NCBI GenBank assembly: GCA_046292385.1
Contig: JBKBRF010000036.1
Coordinates: 8,012 to 72,011 of the forward strand
Reading direction: 5' to 3'
DNA: 64,000 nucleotides
Source of the DNA: Armatimonadota bacterium
Lineage (GTDB): Bacteria > Armatimonadota > SYMT01
Shown: piece by piece, positions 49,809 to 60,519 of the stretch
Numbering within the stretch: position 1 is the first letter of the stretch
Layout: every line of letters begins with the position of its first letter
Program-made: the position numbers and the translations under genes
The notes under the pieces: model-generated
What the model was told of the DNA's origin: nothing
The model's input: the letters and a program-made list of their open reading frames with translations, nothing else
Database searches by the model: none

Positions 49809-51299
49809 TCACCCGGCGGGCGGTCCGGCGGCGGGGATGGTGACCGTGAAGACGGCTCCCTGCCCCGGCTCGCTGCGGACCCGGATCTCGCCTCCGTGCG
49901 CTTCCACGATGCTGCGGCTGATCGCGAGGCCGAGGCCGGTCCCGCCGCCCTGGCGGCTGCGCGCCACTTCCACCCGGTAGAAGCGCTCGAACAGGTGTGG
50001 GAGGTGCTCCGGCGCGATCCCCTCGCCCTCGTCCGCCACCTCCGCGAGGACCTGTCCGCCCTCCGCGCGGGCGCGGAGGTAGATGCCGCCTTCCGGAGGA
50101 GTGTGGCGGACGGCGTTCTCCAGCAGGTTGACGAAGACCCGGGCGAGGTGCGGCGGGTCCGCGGAGATGGCGAGCGGCGCGTCCGGAAGCTCCACCCGAA
50201 CCCGCGCCGCCGCCTCCTCCGGGAGTTGGGAGAGCGCGTCCTCCAGCACGCTCCGCAGGTCCACCGTCCGGAGTTGGAGGCCCAGGTGTCCGGCGTCGGA
50301 GCAGGCGAGGAGGAAGAGGTCCTGGATCAGGCGGGTCATCACGTCTGCGGCCCGGTCTGCCCGGGCGAGCGCCCTGCGGTACTCGGCGGGGGTGCGCTCG
50401 CCGCTGAGGGCGAGGCTGGTGCTGCCCTTGATCCGCGCCAGGGGGGTCCGCAGCTCGTGGGAGGCGTCCGAGGTGAAGCGCCGCTGCTGCTCGTACGCCG
50501 CGGAGAGGCGGCGGTAGGCCTCCTCGCGGCTCGTGAATGCCTCTTCCAGGCGGGCAATCATCCGGTTGAAGGTGCGGGCCAGATCCGCCAGCTCGTCGTC
50601 GCCGGTGACTTCCAGGCGGCGGGAGAGGTCCTCCGCACCGATCTCGTCAGCGGCATGCGTCACCTGACGGACGGGGCGCAGGGCGCGGTCCGTCAGGAAG
50701 AAGCCGCCGGCCACGGCGGCGAGGAGCGCCGGGGGGAGCAGCAGCAGAAAGATCTTGAGCTGGCGGGCGCGGAGCCGGTCGTACTCGCGGAGCTCCCGGG
50801 CCACCTGCACCACCCCGACCGTCTCCTCGCCGCGGCGCCAGGGGACGGAGAGCACGCGCACCCGCTCGTCACCGGCGCGGACGGTGGAGTGGACGGGTCG
50901 CCCGGCGAGGGCTTCGCGGAACGCCTCCGGGTCCCAGGGGCCCACGACGTCGCCGGGGCGGCCGAGGACGTCACCCTGGGGCGCCAGGAAGCGGGGCCGG
51001 CGCAGGGCGAGGCGGGCGCGCTCTTCCTCCTCCAGGGTGTCCAGCTCGGGGAAGTCGGACGGGGGACGGCGGGAGCGCTCGCCGCGTCCTCCGCCTTCGC
51101 CGCGGGGAGAGCGGCCCCGGGGGCCTGGAAAACCGGCCGAAGCGAAGCGCCGGGCCTGGGCCGCGAGCTCTTCGTCGATGGCGCGGAGCATGCTGAGCTG
51201 CACGCTGTAGGCCAGGGCCACCCCGAAGACGCCGAGCACCAGGGTCAGGATGGCGGCGTTCCAGAGGGTGAGCCGGACGCGGAAGGAGCGCCACCTCAT
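49809..51299 (-). CDS. Membrane sensor histidine kinase (HAMP-HisKA-HATPase)
   Basis: Two TM; DASHELRTPL, NLLENAVRH, FERFYRV..GGTGLGLAI. Confidence 0.93.
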   Translation of the reverse strand: MRWRSFRVRLTLWNAAILTLVLGVFGVALAYSVQLSMLRAIDEELAAQARRFASAGFPGPRGRSPRGEGGGRGERSRRPPSDFPELDTLEEEERARLALRRPRFLAPQGDVLGRPGDVVGPWDPEAFREALAGRPVHSTVRAGDERVRVLSVPWRRGEETVGVVQVARELREYDRLRARQLKIFLLLLPPALLAAVAGGFFLTDRALRPVRQVTHAADEIGAEDLSRRLEVTGDDELADLARTFNRMIARLEEAFTSREEAYRRLSAAYEQQRRFTSDASHELRTPLARIKGSTSLALSGERTPAEYRRALARADRAADVMTRLIQDLFLLACSDAGHLGLQLRTVDLRSVLEDALSQLPEEAAARVRVELPDAPLAISADPPHLARVFVNLLENAVRHTPPEGGIYLRARAEGGQVLAEVADEGEGIAPEHLPHLFERFYRVEVARSRQGGGTGLGLAISRSIVEAHGGEIRVRSEPGQGAVFTVTIPAAGPPAG

Positions 51300-51994
51300 C
51301 CGACGTCTCCGCCGCCCCCGTCCTCCTCCGGAGCGCGGAGCATGTAGCCGACGCCATGGACCGTGTGGATCAGCTTCTCCGCGTGCCCCGCGTCGATCTT
51401 CTTCCGGAGTGACGTGATGTGGACGCTGACCGTGTTGGAGTAGCTCTCGTCGTCCTGCCAGACGCGGTCCTGGATCATCTCGCGCGTGAGGGTGCGCCCT
51501 TCGTTCGCGGCCAGGGCTTCCAGGAGGGTGTACTCGCGCGGGGTGAGGTGGACCGTCTCTCCGGCGCGGCGGACGGCGCGGGCCACGGTATCGATCTCAA
51601 GGTCCGCCACGCGGATGACGCGGGCGCGGTGGACCTTGTCCCGGCGGAGCAAGGCGTGGACGCGGGCAAGGAGCTCGCGGAAGTCGAACGGCTTGGGCAG
51701 GAAGTCGTCCGCGCCGATCTCCAGGCCCTGGATGCGGTCCTCGACGGCGTCCCGGGCGGTGAGCATCAGGACCGGCGTGGTGCTCCGCCGGCGGCGGAGG
51801 GCCTCGCAGACGCTCCAGCCGTCGCGCCCGGGGAGCATCAGGTCGAGGATGATGAGGCCGTAGTCGGAGGCCCGGGCCATGCGGAGCCCGCTCTCGCCGT
51901 CCGAGGCGACGTCGACGGAGAAACGCGCGTCCTCCAGCCCCTCCCGGAGGAGGTCCGCAATCACCTCGTCGTCTTCGATCACGAGTATCCGCAT
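51296..51994 (-). CDS. OmpR-family response regulator
   Basis: MRILVIEDD, LDLMLPGRDG, GADDFLPKPF, LTPREY, IHTVHGVGY. Confidence 0.94.
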   Translation of the reverse strand: MRILVIEDDEVIADLLREGLEDARFSVDVASDGESGLRMARASDYGLIILDLMLPGRDGWSVCEALRRRRSTTPVLMLTARDAVEDRIQGLEIGADDFLPKPFDFRELLARVHALLRRDKVHRARVIRVADLEIDTVARAVRRAGETVHLTPREYTLLEALAANEGRTLTREMIQDRVWQDDESYSNTVSVHITSLRKKIDAGHAEKLIHTVHGVGYMLRAPEEDGGGGDVG

Positions 51995-52103
51995 GGCCCC
52001 ATTCCACCGGGCATCAGGGATCAGGGGTTCGGCGCCCGGAGGGAGAGAGGAGCCCGATGAGCGTTCTCCCCCCGGCGCCGGCACCTGACACCGGCCGGGT
52101 CTC

Positions 52104-52805
52104 TTAGATCTGAGCCGGAGCGGCCTGCGGGGCCCGGCGGACCGGGCGCTGCTGCCGCAGCTGGTTCAGCTTCTCCTTCTGCTCGGCGGTGAGGACCGCG
52201 TCCAGCTTCGCCTGGGTCTCCTGGCGGATCTGCTGGAGCTTCGCCTGCTTCTGCTCGCGGGTCAGGCCCTGGTCCTGGAAGACCGCGCGCGACTGCTCCC
52301 GGGCGGCCTCGAAGACCGGCTTGAGCTGCGCCTGCTGCTCGGCCGTCAGGTTCAGTACCTGGGCCATTTGCTGGCCGCCATGCCCGCGCATCCCACGGCC
52401 CATGCCCTGGCGCCGGTTCGCTGCGGCCTGGGCCAGTTTCGTCTTCTGCTCTTCCGTCAGGACGGCGGCCACCTGAGCGCGGCTCTGCTCGTGGATCGCC
52501 TTCAGCTTCTCACGCTTCTGCTCGCGGCTCAGGCTCTGGTCCTGGAAGACCGCCTGCGCCTGGGCCCGTCCTGCTTCCAGCACCGGCTTGATCTTTGCCT
52601 GCTGCTCCGCAGTCAGGTTCAGGTGCTGCGCCATCCGCGCCAGGCCGGCTTCGGCGCGCTGGCCGCCGAAGCGGTGCATCCGGCCGCCGATCCCCGGCTT
52701 GCGCTCCTTCCCCGGGTTTGCGCCTTCCGCCTGCGCCAGCAGCGGGCTGGCGACGAGGGCCGCCCCGAGAGCGAGCGCGGCCGCCTTGATTACCGTATGG
52801 TTCAT
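52104..52805 (-). CDS. Spy/CpxP-like periplasmic protein with duplicated LTxxQ domain
   Basis: Signal peptide; two repeats LNLTAEQQ..VLT.EQK; RBS GAGG. Confidence 0.8.
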   Translation of the reverse strand: MNHTVIKAAALALGAALVASPLLAQAEGANPGKERKPGIGGRMHRFGGQRAEAGLARMAQHLNLTAEQQAKIKPVLEAGRAQAQAVFQDQSLSREQKREKLKAIHEQSRAQVAAVLTEEQKTKLAQAAANRRQGMGRGMRGHGGQQMAQVLNLTAEQQAQLKPVFEAAREQSRAVFQDQGLTREQKQAKLQQIRQETQAKLDAVLTAEQKEKLNQLRQQRPVRRAPQAAPAQI

Positions 52806-53050
52806 TCTGGTCTTTACCTCGTGTAGTCGGTTTCTCAACTGCGATCCCGGCTTCCGGCGGATGCCGTCCGGTCTCACGTCGATAGATTACGCGGGGGCCG
52901 TTAAGAAACCGTGAGGACGAAAGAGCTGCGGTACAGGGCTCACCCAAGGCGCAGGATCTCGCCCCGCCGGAGCAGGAGCCAGGCGCGATCCACCGCGCAC
53001 TCCGGCGTGGCCGCGGAAGCTTGTTGCGGGGGCCTAAGTCCAGGTACGCG

Positions 53051-53089
53051 AAAGCGCCTCACGGGAGAGGGGTCTCCTCGTGAGGCGCT
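53051..53089 (-). terminator. Hairpin downstream of pgk
   Basis: agcgcctcacgggaga-gggg-tctcctcgtgaggcgct with short T run on the minus strand. Confidence 0.55.
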
Positions 53090-53178
53090 CTATGAGTAGG
53101 AGTAGGATTACGAGTAGGAGCCGCCGTAACCGGATGGCGCAGCGGCAACCGCCAGCGCTAGACCCTACCCCCTAGACC

Positions 53179-54372
53179 CTACGCTTTGTCCTGCAGCGCG
53201 GCCACGCCGGGAAGCGTCTTGCCTTCCAGCAGCTCCAGGCTGGCGCCGCCGCCGGTAGAGATGTGGTCCATCTGGTCGGCGTAGCCGAGCTGCTCCACCG
53301 CCGCGGCGCTGTCGCCGCCGCCGATGATGACGTTCGCCTCGCCCTGGCTGATCTGGCCGAGGGTCTCCGCGATCGAGCGGGTGCCCTCCGCGAAGAGCGG
53401 GTTCTCGAAGACGCCCATCGGGCCGTTCCAGACCACCGTCCGGGCATCCCGCAGGATCTCGCGGTAGCGGGCGATCGTCTCCGGGCCGATGTCGACCCCT
53501 TCCATGTCGTCCGGGATCTCGTCCGCGCGGACGGTGCGGTGGCTGGTCGGGTTCTTGAAGTCGTCCGCCACCACCACGTCGGAAGGCACCTCCAGGCGGT
53601 AGCCCTGCTCCTTCACGTCCTGCAGCGTCTGCTTCGCGGCATCCAGGTGGCCGGCGTCGAGCAGGCTCTTGCCGATCTCCAGCCCCTGCGCCTTCAGGAA
53701 GGTGTAGGCCATACCGCCGCCGAGCAGGAGGACGTCGACCTTCGGCAGCAGGTTCTTGATCACGCCGATCTTGTCTTTGACCTTGGCGCCGCCCAGGATG
53801 GCGACGAACGGCCGCTGCGGGTCATTGATGGCGCCGCCCAGCTTCTCCAGCTCCTTCCCGAGCAGGTAGCCCGCCACCGCCGGCAGGTAGTGCGTCACTC
53901 CCTCCGTGCTGGCGTGGGCGCGGTGGGCCGCGCCGAAGGCGTCGTTGACGTAGATCTCGCCCAGGCTCGCCAGCTTCCGCGCGAACTCCGGATCGTTCTT
54001 CTCTTCTTCCGGGTGGAAGCGCACGTTCTCCAGCAGCAGCACGTCGCCGGACTGGAGCTTCTGCGCCGCCGCCTCGGCTTCCGGGCCGATGCAGTCACTC
54101 GCGGTCTGGACCGGCCGGCCCAGGTGCTGGGAGAGGCGCTCGGCCACGGGGGCCAGGGTCCACTTCGGATCGACCCCCTTGGGGCGGCCCAGATGGCTCA
54201 TCAGGATCACGCGAGCGCCCTGGTCCAGCAGGTAGCGGAGCGTCGGCAGGGCGGCGCGGATGCGGGTATCGTCCGTGATGGCGCCGCTTTCGTCCTGCGG
54301 GACGTTGAAGTCGACGCGCACGAGCACGCGCTTGTCGCGGACGTCTACGTCTTCGATCGTCTTCTTGTTCAT
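53179..54372 (-). CDS. pgk: Phosphoglycerate kinase
   Basis: [54 protein letters not shown]. Confidence 0.98.
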   Translation of the reverse strand: MNKKTIEDVDVRDKRVLVRVDFNVPQDESGAITDDTRIRAALPTLRYLLDQGARVILMSHLGRPKGVDPKWTLAPVAERLSQHLGRPVQTASDCIGPEAEAAAQKLQSGDVLLLENVRFHPEEEKNDPEFARKLASLGEIYVNDAFGAAHRAHASTEGVTHYLPAVAGYLLGKELEKLGGAINDPQRPFVAILGGAKVKDKIGVIKNLLPKVDVLLLGGGMAYTFLKAQGLEIGKSLLDAGHLDAAKQTLQDVKEQGYRLEVPSDVVVADDFKNPTSHRTVRADEIPDDMEGVDIGPETIARYREILRDARTVVWNGPMGVFENPLFAEGTRSIAETLGQISQGEANVIIGGGDSAAAVEQLGYADQMDHISTGGGASLELLEGKTLPGVAALQDKA

Positions 54373-54499
54373 ACGGGTAGGTCCTGCATGAGAAACCGCC
54401 AGGGACGGCGGGTGGGACCGTCAGCCGGGAGAGCGCCGTGCGGCATTCTCGAGCTCCGGTTCCCTCCACGCGCCCCTGGCGGTGGGATGCGGGGTGGGG

Positions 54500-55687
<1,188 letters not shown>

Positions 55688-56171
55688 CTAACGGAGCTTG
55701 ACGGAGCCGTCGGAGCAGAGCCTCTCCCGGCTCCCCGCGCAGGAGCCGCCCACGGGCTCAAGGTTGCGCGGAAGAATGGGAGCGCGCCGGCGCGCGGCGC
55801 GGAGACGCCGGGCCTTCCGGCGCGGAGTCGTGATATCGCAATCGTCTGGAGCGCGTCAAAAGGCGGGAGGAATCACCTCTGATCGTTCGCCGCAGCCGCC
55901 ACGCGGCCGCCCGGGCGGCACCCGCAGCCTGCCGGTCCCAAGGCCGGGTCCGCAGTTGGCAGAGGGTGGGCAACGTTCGGTATAGTGTCCCCGCAATACA
56001 GTTTGGCTGCACTGGCTCGGATCTGCTAGGCGCTCTCCCCTGGTGCCCGGTCCGTTCTATCCTCCTCGATCCCGGTCCGATATTCCAGCCCTCCGTGACC
56101 CGCATCCAACGCCTCGGCCCGGTTTCCCGGCTCCGAGAAGCGAATGGCTGTACTTGCCGATAGAGTAGAGA

Positions 56172-56187
56172 TGTGATTTGAATCACG
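56172..56187. promoter_or_regulatory. CRP/FNR-family-like operator upstream of KaiC-like gene
   Basis: TGTGA-tttgaa-TCACG (9/10 to TGTGA-N6-TCACA). Confidence 0.5.
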
Positions 56188-56216
56188 TCACATTAGGGCA
56201 GAGAGGGCGAGAAGGA

Positions 56217-57734
56217 ATGATGGAGCCGCAGGCGCCGAAGGAGCGCGCGCGTACGGGGATTCCCGGGCTGGATGACGTGTTGAGTGGCGGCCTGCCTCGC
56301 GGGCGGATGTACCTGGTGGAGGGGGACCCCGGCTCCGGCAAGACGACGCTGGCCCTCCAGTATCTCCAGGAAGGCGCTCGTCTGGGAGAGTCCACGGTCT
56401 ACGTCATCCTCTCGGAGACCGAGGACGAGCTCCGTTCGGTGGCCTACTCGCACGGATGGTCGCTGGAGGGGATCACGATCTGCGACCTCCAGATGTCCGA
56501 GGAGAGCCTGCGGGCGGAGTCGCAGTACACGCTCTTCCACCCGGATGAGGTGGAGCTGAGCGACACCACCCGCCTGGTGCTGCAGACGGTGGAGGAGGTC
56601 CGGCCCTCCCGCGTCGTCTTCGACTCCTGCTCCGAGATGCGGCTCCTGGCGCGCGATCCGCTGCGCTACCGCCGCCAGATCCTGGCGTTGAAGCACTACT
56701 TCACGGCGCGGAACTGCACCGTGCTGCTGCTCGACTACCAGAGCACCTCGGACGAGGACCGGCAGCTCCAGAGTCTGGCGCACGGCATGATCCAGCTCGA
56801 GCAGCTCTCGCCGGAGTACGGGGGACAGCGCCGCCGCCTGCGGGTGCAGAAGCTCCGCGGCAGCACCTTCCGGGATGGCTACCACGACTTCAACATCGAG
56901 ACGGGCGGCCTCGTGGTCTACCCGCGTCTGATCGCCGCCGAGCACCACAAGCCGTTCCCGCACGTGTCGCTTTCCAGCGGCGTGACGGAGCTCGACGCGC
57001 TGCTCGGAGGCGGTCTGGATCACGGCACCTCCACGCTCATCCTCGGTCCGGCCGGCGCGGGCAAGTCGACGCTCGCCGCGCAGTACGCGATGGCGGCGAT
57101 CGACCAGGGGGACAACGCGAGCTTCTACATCTTCGACGAAGTGCCGGACACGCTCACGGTCCGCGGCGAAGGGCTCGGGATGCGGATCCGGGAGCGGCAG
57201 GAGCAAGGCCTGCTGCAGATCCACCAGGTCGATCCGGCGGAGCTGGCCCCCGGAGAGTTCGCGCACCTGGTCCGCAAGGAAGTGGAGGAGGTCGGGGCCC
57301 GGGTCATCGTGATCGACAGCCTCAACGGCTACCAGAACTCCATGCCGGAGGAGCACTTCCTGAGCGCCCACCTGCACGAGCTGCTGGCCTACTTGAACCA
57401 GCAGGGGGTGGTCACGATTCTGGTGATGGCGCAGTACGGGATCATGGGCCAGGGGGTGGAGTCGCCGCTGGAGTTGAGCTACCTGGCCGACACGGTGGTG
57501 CTGCTTAGATATTTCGAAGCGCGCGGAGAGATAAGAAAGGCCGTCTCGGTGGTAAAGAAGAGGACGGGGGATCACGAGAAGACGATTCGGGAGATGCGGC
57601 TTACCCCCGCCGGCCTCCACCTGGGTGAAGTGCTGCGGGAGTTCTCCGGCGTGATGACCGGACAGTTGACATACCTGGGATCCAGCGCACCCTTGCTTGA
57701 TTTGGGCGATGAGCGGCGACACGAGCGGTCCTGA
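56217..57734 (+). CDS. KaiC-like double-domain RecA-fold ATPase
   Basis: TGIPGLDDVLSGGLP, GDPGSGKT, second domain GPAGAGKS, VIDSLNGY, LSYLADTVVLLRYFE, VKKRTG.HEKTIRE. Confidence 0.9.
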   Translation: MMEPQAPKERARTGIPGLDDVLSGGLPRGRMYLVEGDPGSGKTTLALQYLQEGARLGESTVYVILSETEDELRSVAYSHGWSLEGITICDLQMSEESLRAESQYTLFHPDEVELSDTTRLVLQTVEEVRPSRVVFDSCSEMRLLARDPLRYRRQILALKHYFTARNCTVLLLDYQSTSDEDRQLQSLAHGMIQLEQLSPEYGGQRRRLRVQKLRGSTFRDGYHDFNIETGGLVVYPRLIAAEHHKPFPHVSLSSGVTELDALLGGGLDHGTSTLILGPAGAGKSTLAAQYAMAAIDQGDNASFYIFDEVPDTLTVRGEGLGMRIRERQEQGLLQIHQVDPAELAPGEFAHLVRKEVEEVGARVIVIDSLNGYQNSMPEEHFLSAHLHELLAYLNQQGVVTILVMAQYGIMGQGVESPLELSYLADTVVLLRYFEARGEIRKAVSVVKKRTGDHEKTIREMRLTPAGLHLGEVLREFSGVMTGQLTYLGSSAPLLDLGDERRHERS

Positions 57735-59304
57735 TCTGCGTGCGTTGATTCTGGCTCCGACGGGGAGAGATGGACAGCTTACCGGAGAGATGCTCCGGGA
57801 GGCGAAGATCTCGAGCTGTGTCTGCGCCAGCGCGGAGGCGCTCTGCGAGGAGATGCGCAAAGGCGCCGGCGTGGCGATCCTCGCGGAGGAGGCGCTCCAC
57901 CCGGAGCCGGTCCGCTGCGTCGTGGAGGAGCTGAGCCGGCAGCCGCCCTGGTCCGATCTCCCGCTCGTGGTGTTCACCCGGCACGGCGACTCGATCGAGC
58001 CGATCCTCAACCGCCTCGGTCCCCTCGGCAACGTGGTGGTGCTGGAGCGCCCGGTCCGCATCTCCACCCTGGTCAGCGCGGTCCGCACCGCCCTGCGCGC
58101 CCGCCGGCGCCAGTACGAGGTGCGCGACCTGCTGAACCAGCTCGAGGATGCCGACCGCCGCAAGGATGAGTTCCTGGCGATGCTGGGGCACGAGCTGCGG
58201 AACCCGCTCTCCGCCATCTGGAATGCGCTGAAGGTGCTGGAGACCGTGGGAGGCAGGGACCGGGCGGCCGTTCGGCAGCGGGCGATCATCGAGAGGCAGG
58301 CCCGTCACCTGGGGCGGCTGGTCGACGATCTACTCGACGTCTCCCGCGTGACGAAGGGGAAGATCGTCCTTCAGAAGCAGACCGTCGACCTCCGCACGGT
58401 GGCGGAGCGGTGCGTCCAGGCGCATGCCCAGGCAGCCGAGGCGCAGCGCCAGCAGCTCGAGCTTTCGCTCGACGAGGCGCCGGTTCTCGTCCACGGCGAC
58501 CCGGTCCGCCTGGAGCAGATCGTCTCCAACCTGCTGAACAACGCGATCAAGTACACCCGCCGCCCGGGCGTGATCCGGGTCTCGGTGCGGGCGGAAGGCT
58601 CCAGTGCGCTGCTGAGCGTGGCGGACCAGGGGATCGGCATTCCGCCGGACCAGCTTCCCCACATCTTCGAGCTCTTCACGCAGGTGGAGCGCTCGCTCGA
58701 CCGCTCTCAAGGCGGCCTTGGCCTCGGCCTGCCGCTGGTACGCAGCCTGGCGCAGCTCCACGGCGGCAGCGTGGAGGCGCGCAGCGAGGGCTCGGACCGC
58801 GGGAGCGAGTTCATCGTCCGGCTTCCCTTGTCGGAAGCGACCGTCCTCCCGCCGGACCGGGCGCAGCCGGCCCCCAACGGGACCTCCCCGGCTCTCCCCG
58901 CATCCGGCCGCTGCCGCGTGCTCCTGGTGGAAGACAACCCGGACGGCCGGGAGACGCTGCGCGACCTGCTGGAGCTGTGGGGCTACGAGGTGCGCCTGGC
59001 GGAAGACGGTGAGGAAGGCCTGCGAATGGCGCTCGCCGACCCGCCCGACATCGCCCTGCTCGACATCGGGCTCCCGAAGCTCGACGGCTACCACCTGGCC
59101 CGGGAACTGGCGCGCCGGCTCGACGGCACGCGTCCGCGTATGATTGCCATGACCGGTTACGGGCAGCCGGAGGATCGAAGACGGGCCCTGAGCTCCGGCT
59201 TCGACGATCACCTGGTCAAACCGGTCGATCCGGACGAGCTGCGCCGGGTTCTGGAGCAGCTTCCCCGGTCGAGCCTGCCCGACTCGACCTCCTCCGCACG
59301 GTAA
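57709..59304 (+). CDS. Hybrid histidine kinase (degenerate REC-HisKA-HATPase-REC), cytoplasmic
   Basis: RRKDEFLAMLGHELRNPL, NNAIKYT, GGLGLGL, VEDN..LDIGLPKLDG; overlaps the KaiC-like gene end. Confidence 0.92.
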   Translation: MSGDTSGPDLRALILAPTGRDGQLTGEMLREAKISSCVCASAEALCEEMRKGAGVAILAEEALHPEPVRCVVEELSRQPPWSDLPLVVFTRHGDSIEPILNRLGPLGNVVVLERPVRISTLVSAVRTALRARRRQYEVRDLLNQLEDADRRKDEFLAMLGHELRNPLSAIWNALKVLETVGGRDRAAVRQRAIIERQARHLGRLVDDLLDVSRVTKGKIVLQKQTVDLRTVAERCVQAHAQAAEAQRQQLELSLDEAPVLVHGDPVRLEQIVSNLLNNAIKYTRRPGVIRVSVRAEGSSALLSVADQGIGIPPDQLPHIFELFTQVERSLDRSQGGLGLGLPLVRSLAQLHGGSVEARSEGSDRGSEFIVRLPLSEATVLPPDRAQPAPNGTSPALPASGRCRVLLVEDNPDGRETLRDLLELWGYEVRLAEDGEEGLRMALADPPDIALLDIGLPKLDGYHLARELARRLDGTRPRMIAMTGYGQPEDRRRALSSGFDDHLVKPVDPDELRRVLEQLPRSSLPDSTSSAR

Positions 59305-59308
59305 GCAC

Positions 59309-60226
59309 TTGACTGCGAAACCTTTCCTTGGCCTCGACCTCGGCGGCACGAAGGTGGCCGCCGGCGTGGTCACCCCCGACGGCCGCGTTCTCTCGCACGT
59401 GCGCGAGGCGACCTCCGCACTCCGGGCAGACGGCGATCCGCTGCGCGGAATCCTCCGCCTGGGACGAGAGGCCGTCCGCGCGGCGGACGCCTCCAGGCTC
59501 GAGGGGGTCGGGATCGCGCTCCCGGGTCCCGCCGACGCCGCCGGCCTCCGGTTGATCCAGGCGCCGACCATTCCGGAGCTGGAGGGCATCGCGCTGGAAG
59601 CGCCGCTCCGCGCCGCGTTCGGCGCGCCGGTCTCCGGCGATAATGACGCCAACGCCTGTGCCCTGGCCGAGAGCCGCTTCGGCGCCGCGCGGGGCAGCCG
59701 CTCGATGGTCTACTTCACGGTGAGCACCGGGATCGGCGGCGGGATCGTGGTCGAGGGCGAGCTGTACCGCGGCAGCCGGGGGACCTCCGCCGAGCTCGGC
59801 CACCAGGCGATTCTCCCGCTCGGCGGTCCCGCGTGCGACTGCGGCGGCTCCGGCTGCCTGGAGGCGCTCGCCTCCGGCCGGGGAATCGCCCGCCGCGCGC
59901 GGGAGAGCATGCCGGAGCGGGGGGAGCTCACCGCCGTCGAGATCGCCGAGCTGGCCCGTGCCGGCGACCCGACCGCCCTCCGCATCTGGGACGAGACCGC
60001 GCTCTACCTCGGGCTGGGGGTGGCCAACGCGATCAATGTGCTCGACCCGGAGGTAGTGGTGCTCGGCGGCGGGGTGGCGGTCGGCGCCGCGGACCTGCTG
60101 CTGGAGCCGGTGCGGGAGGTAGTCCGCACCCGCTGCATGCCGATCCTCCGGCGAGAGGTCCCGATCCGGGTGGCCGCGTTGGGAGCGGAAGTCGGCATCG
60201 TGGGTGCGGCTGCGCTGGCGATGTAG
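59309..60226 (+). CDS. ROK family sugar kinase
   Basis: GLDLGGTK, DNDANACALAE, STGIGGG, ELGH..CDCGGSGCLEALASG; TTG start. Confidence 0.92.
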   Translation: MTAKPFLGLDLGGTKVAAGVVTPDGRVLSHVREATSALRADGDPLRGILRLGREAVRAADASRLEGVGIALPGPADAAGLRLIQAPTIPELEGIALEAPLRAAFGAPVSGDNDANACALAESRFGAARGSRSMVYFTVSTGIGGGIVVEGELYRGSRGTSAELGHQAILPLGGPACDCGGSGCLEALASGRGIARRARESMPERGELTAVEIAELARAGDPTALRIWDETALYLGLGVANAINVLDPEVVVLGGGVAVGAADLLLEPVREVVRTRCMPILRREVPIRVAALGAEVGIVGAAALAM

Positions 60227-60241
60227 ATTCCGAACCTGGTT

Positions 60242-60473
60242 TTCACCACAGAGCGCACAGAGGGCACAGAGAGGAACCGGAGCCAGAGGGTTGGGCCTGA
60301 TCCGCCTTACGAATCCCTGCTGCGGCACCGGGTCCGGACCTTGTCACCGCAGAGGACGCCGAGGGCGCAGAGGGAACGCAGAGGAGGGAACCAGGCGGAA
60401 GGGCCTGCTCCGCCTCACGAGGATCGTGCAGCGGCCCCGGAGTTGCTCATGCTGGTTCCCTTCTCTGCGGTGA
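60242..60473. repeat. CAGAG-family element (inverted orientation copy)
   Basis: Reverse complement of 60344-60473 aligns by eye with 10994-11145; preceded by a cacagagcgcacagagggcacagag tract. Confidence 0.8.
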
Positions 60474-60519
60474 GACCGGTTCGGGCTCTCCACTGCGAGA
60501 TGCCGGTATGCTTAGGGGG

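Noticed and set aside
56217..57734. Bona fide circadian clock
   Set aside because: No kaiA/kaiB in the window, and non-canonical phosphosites.
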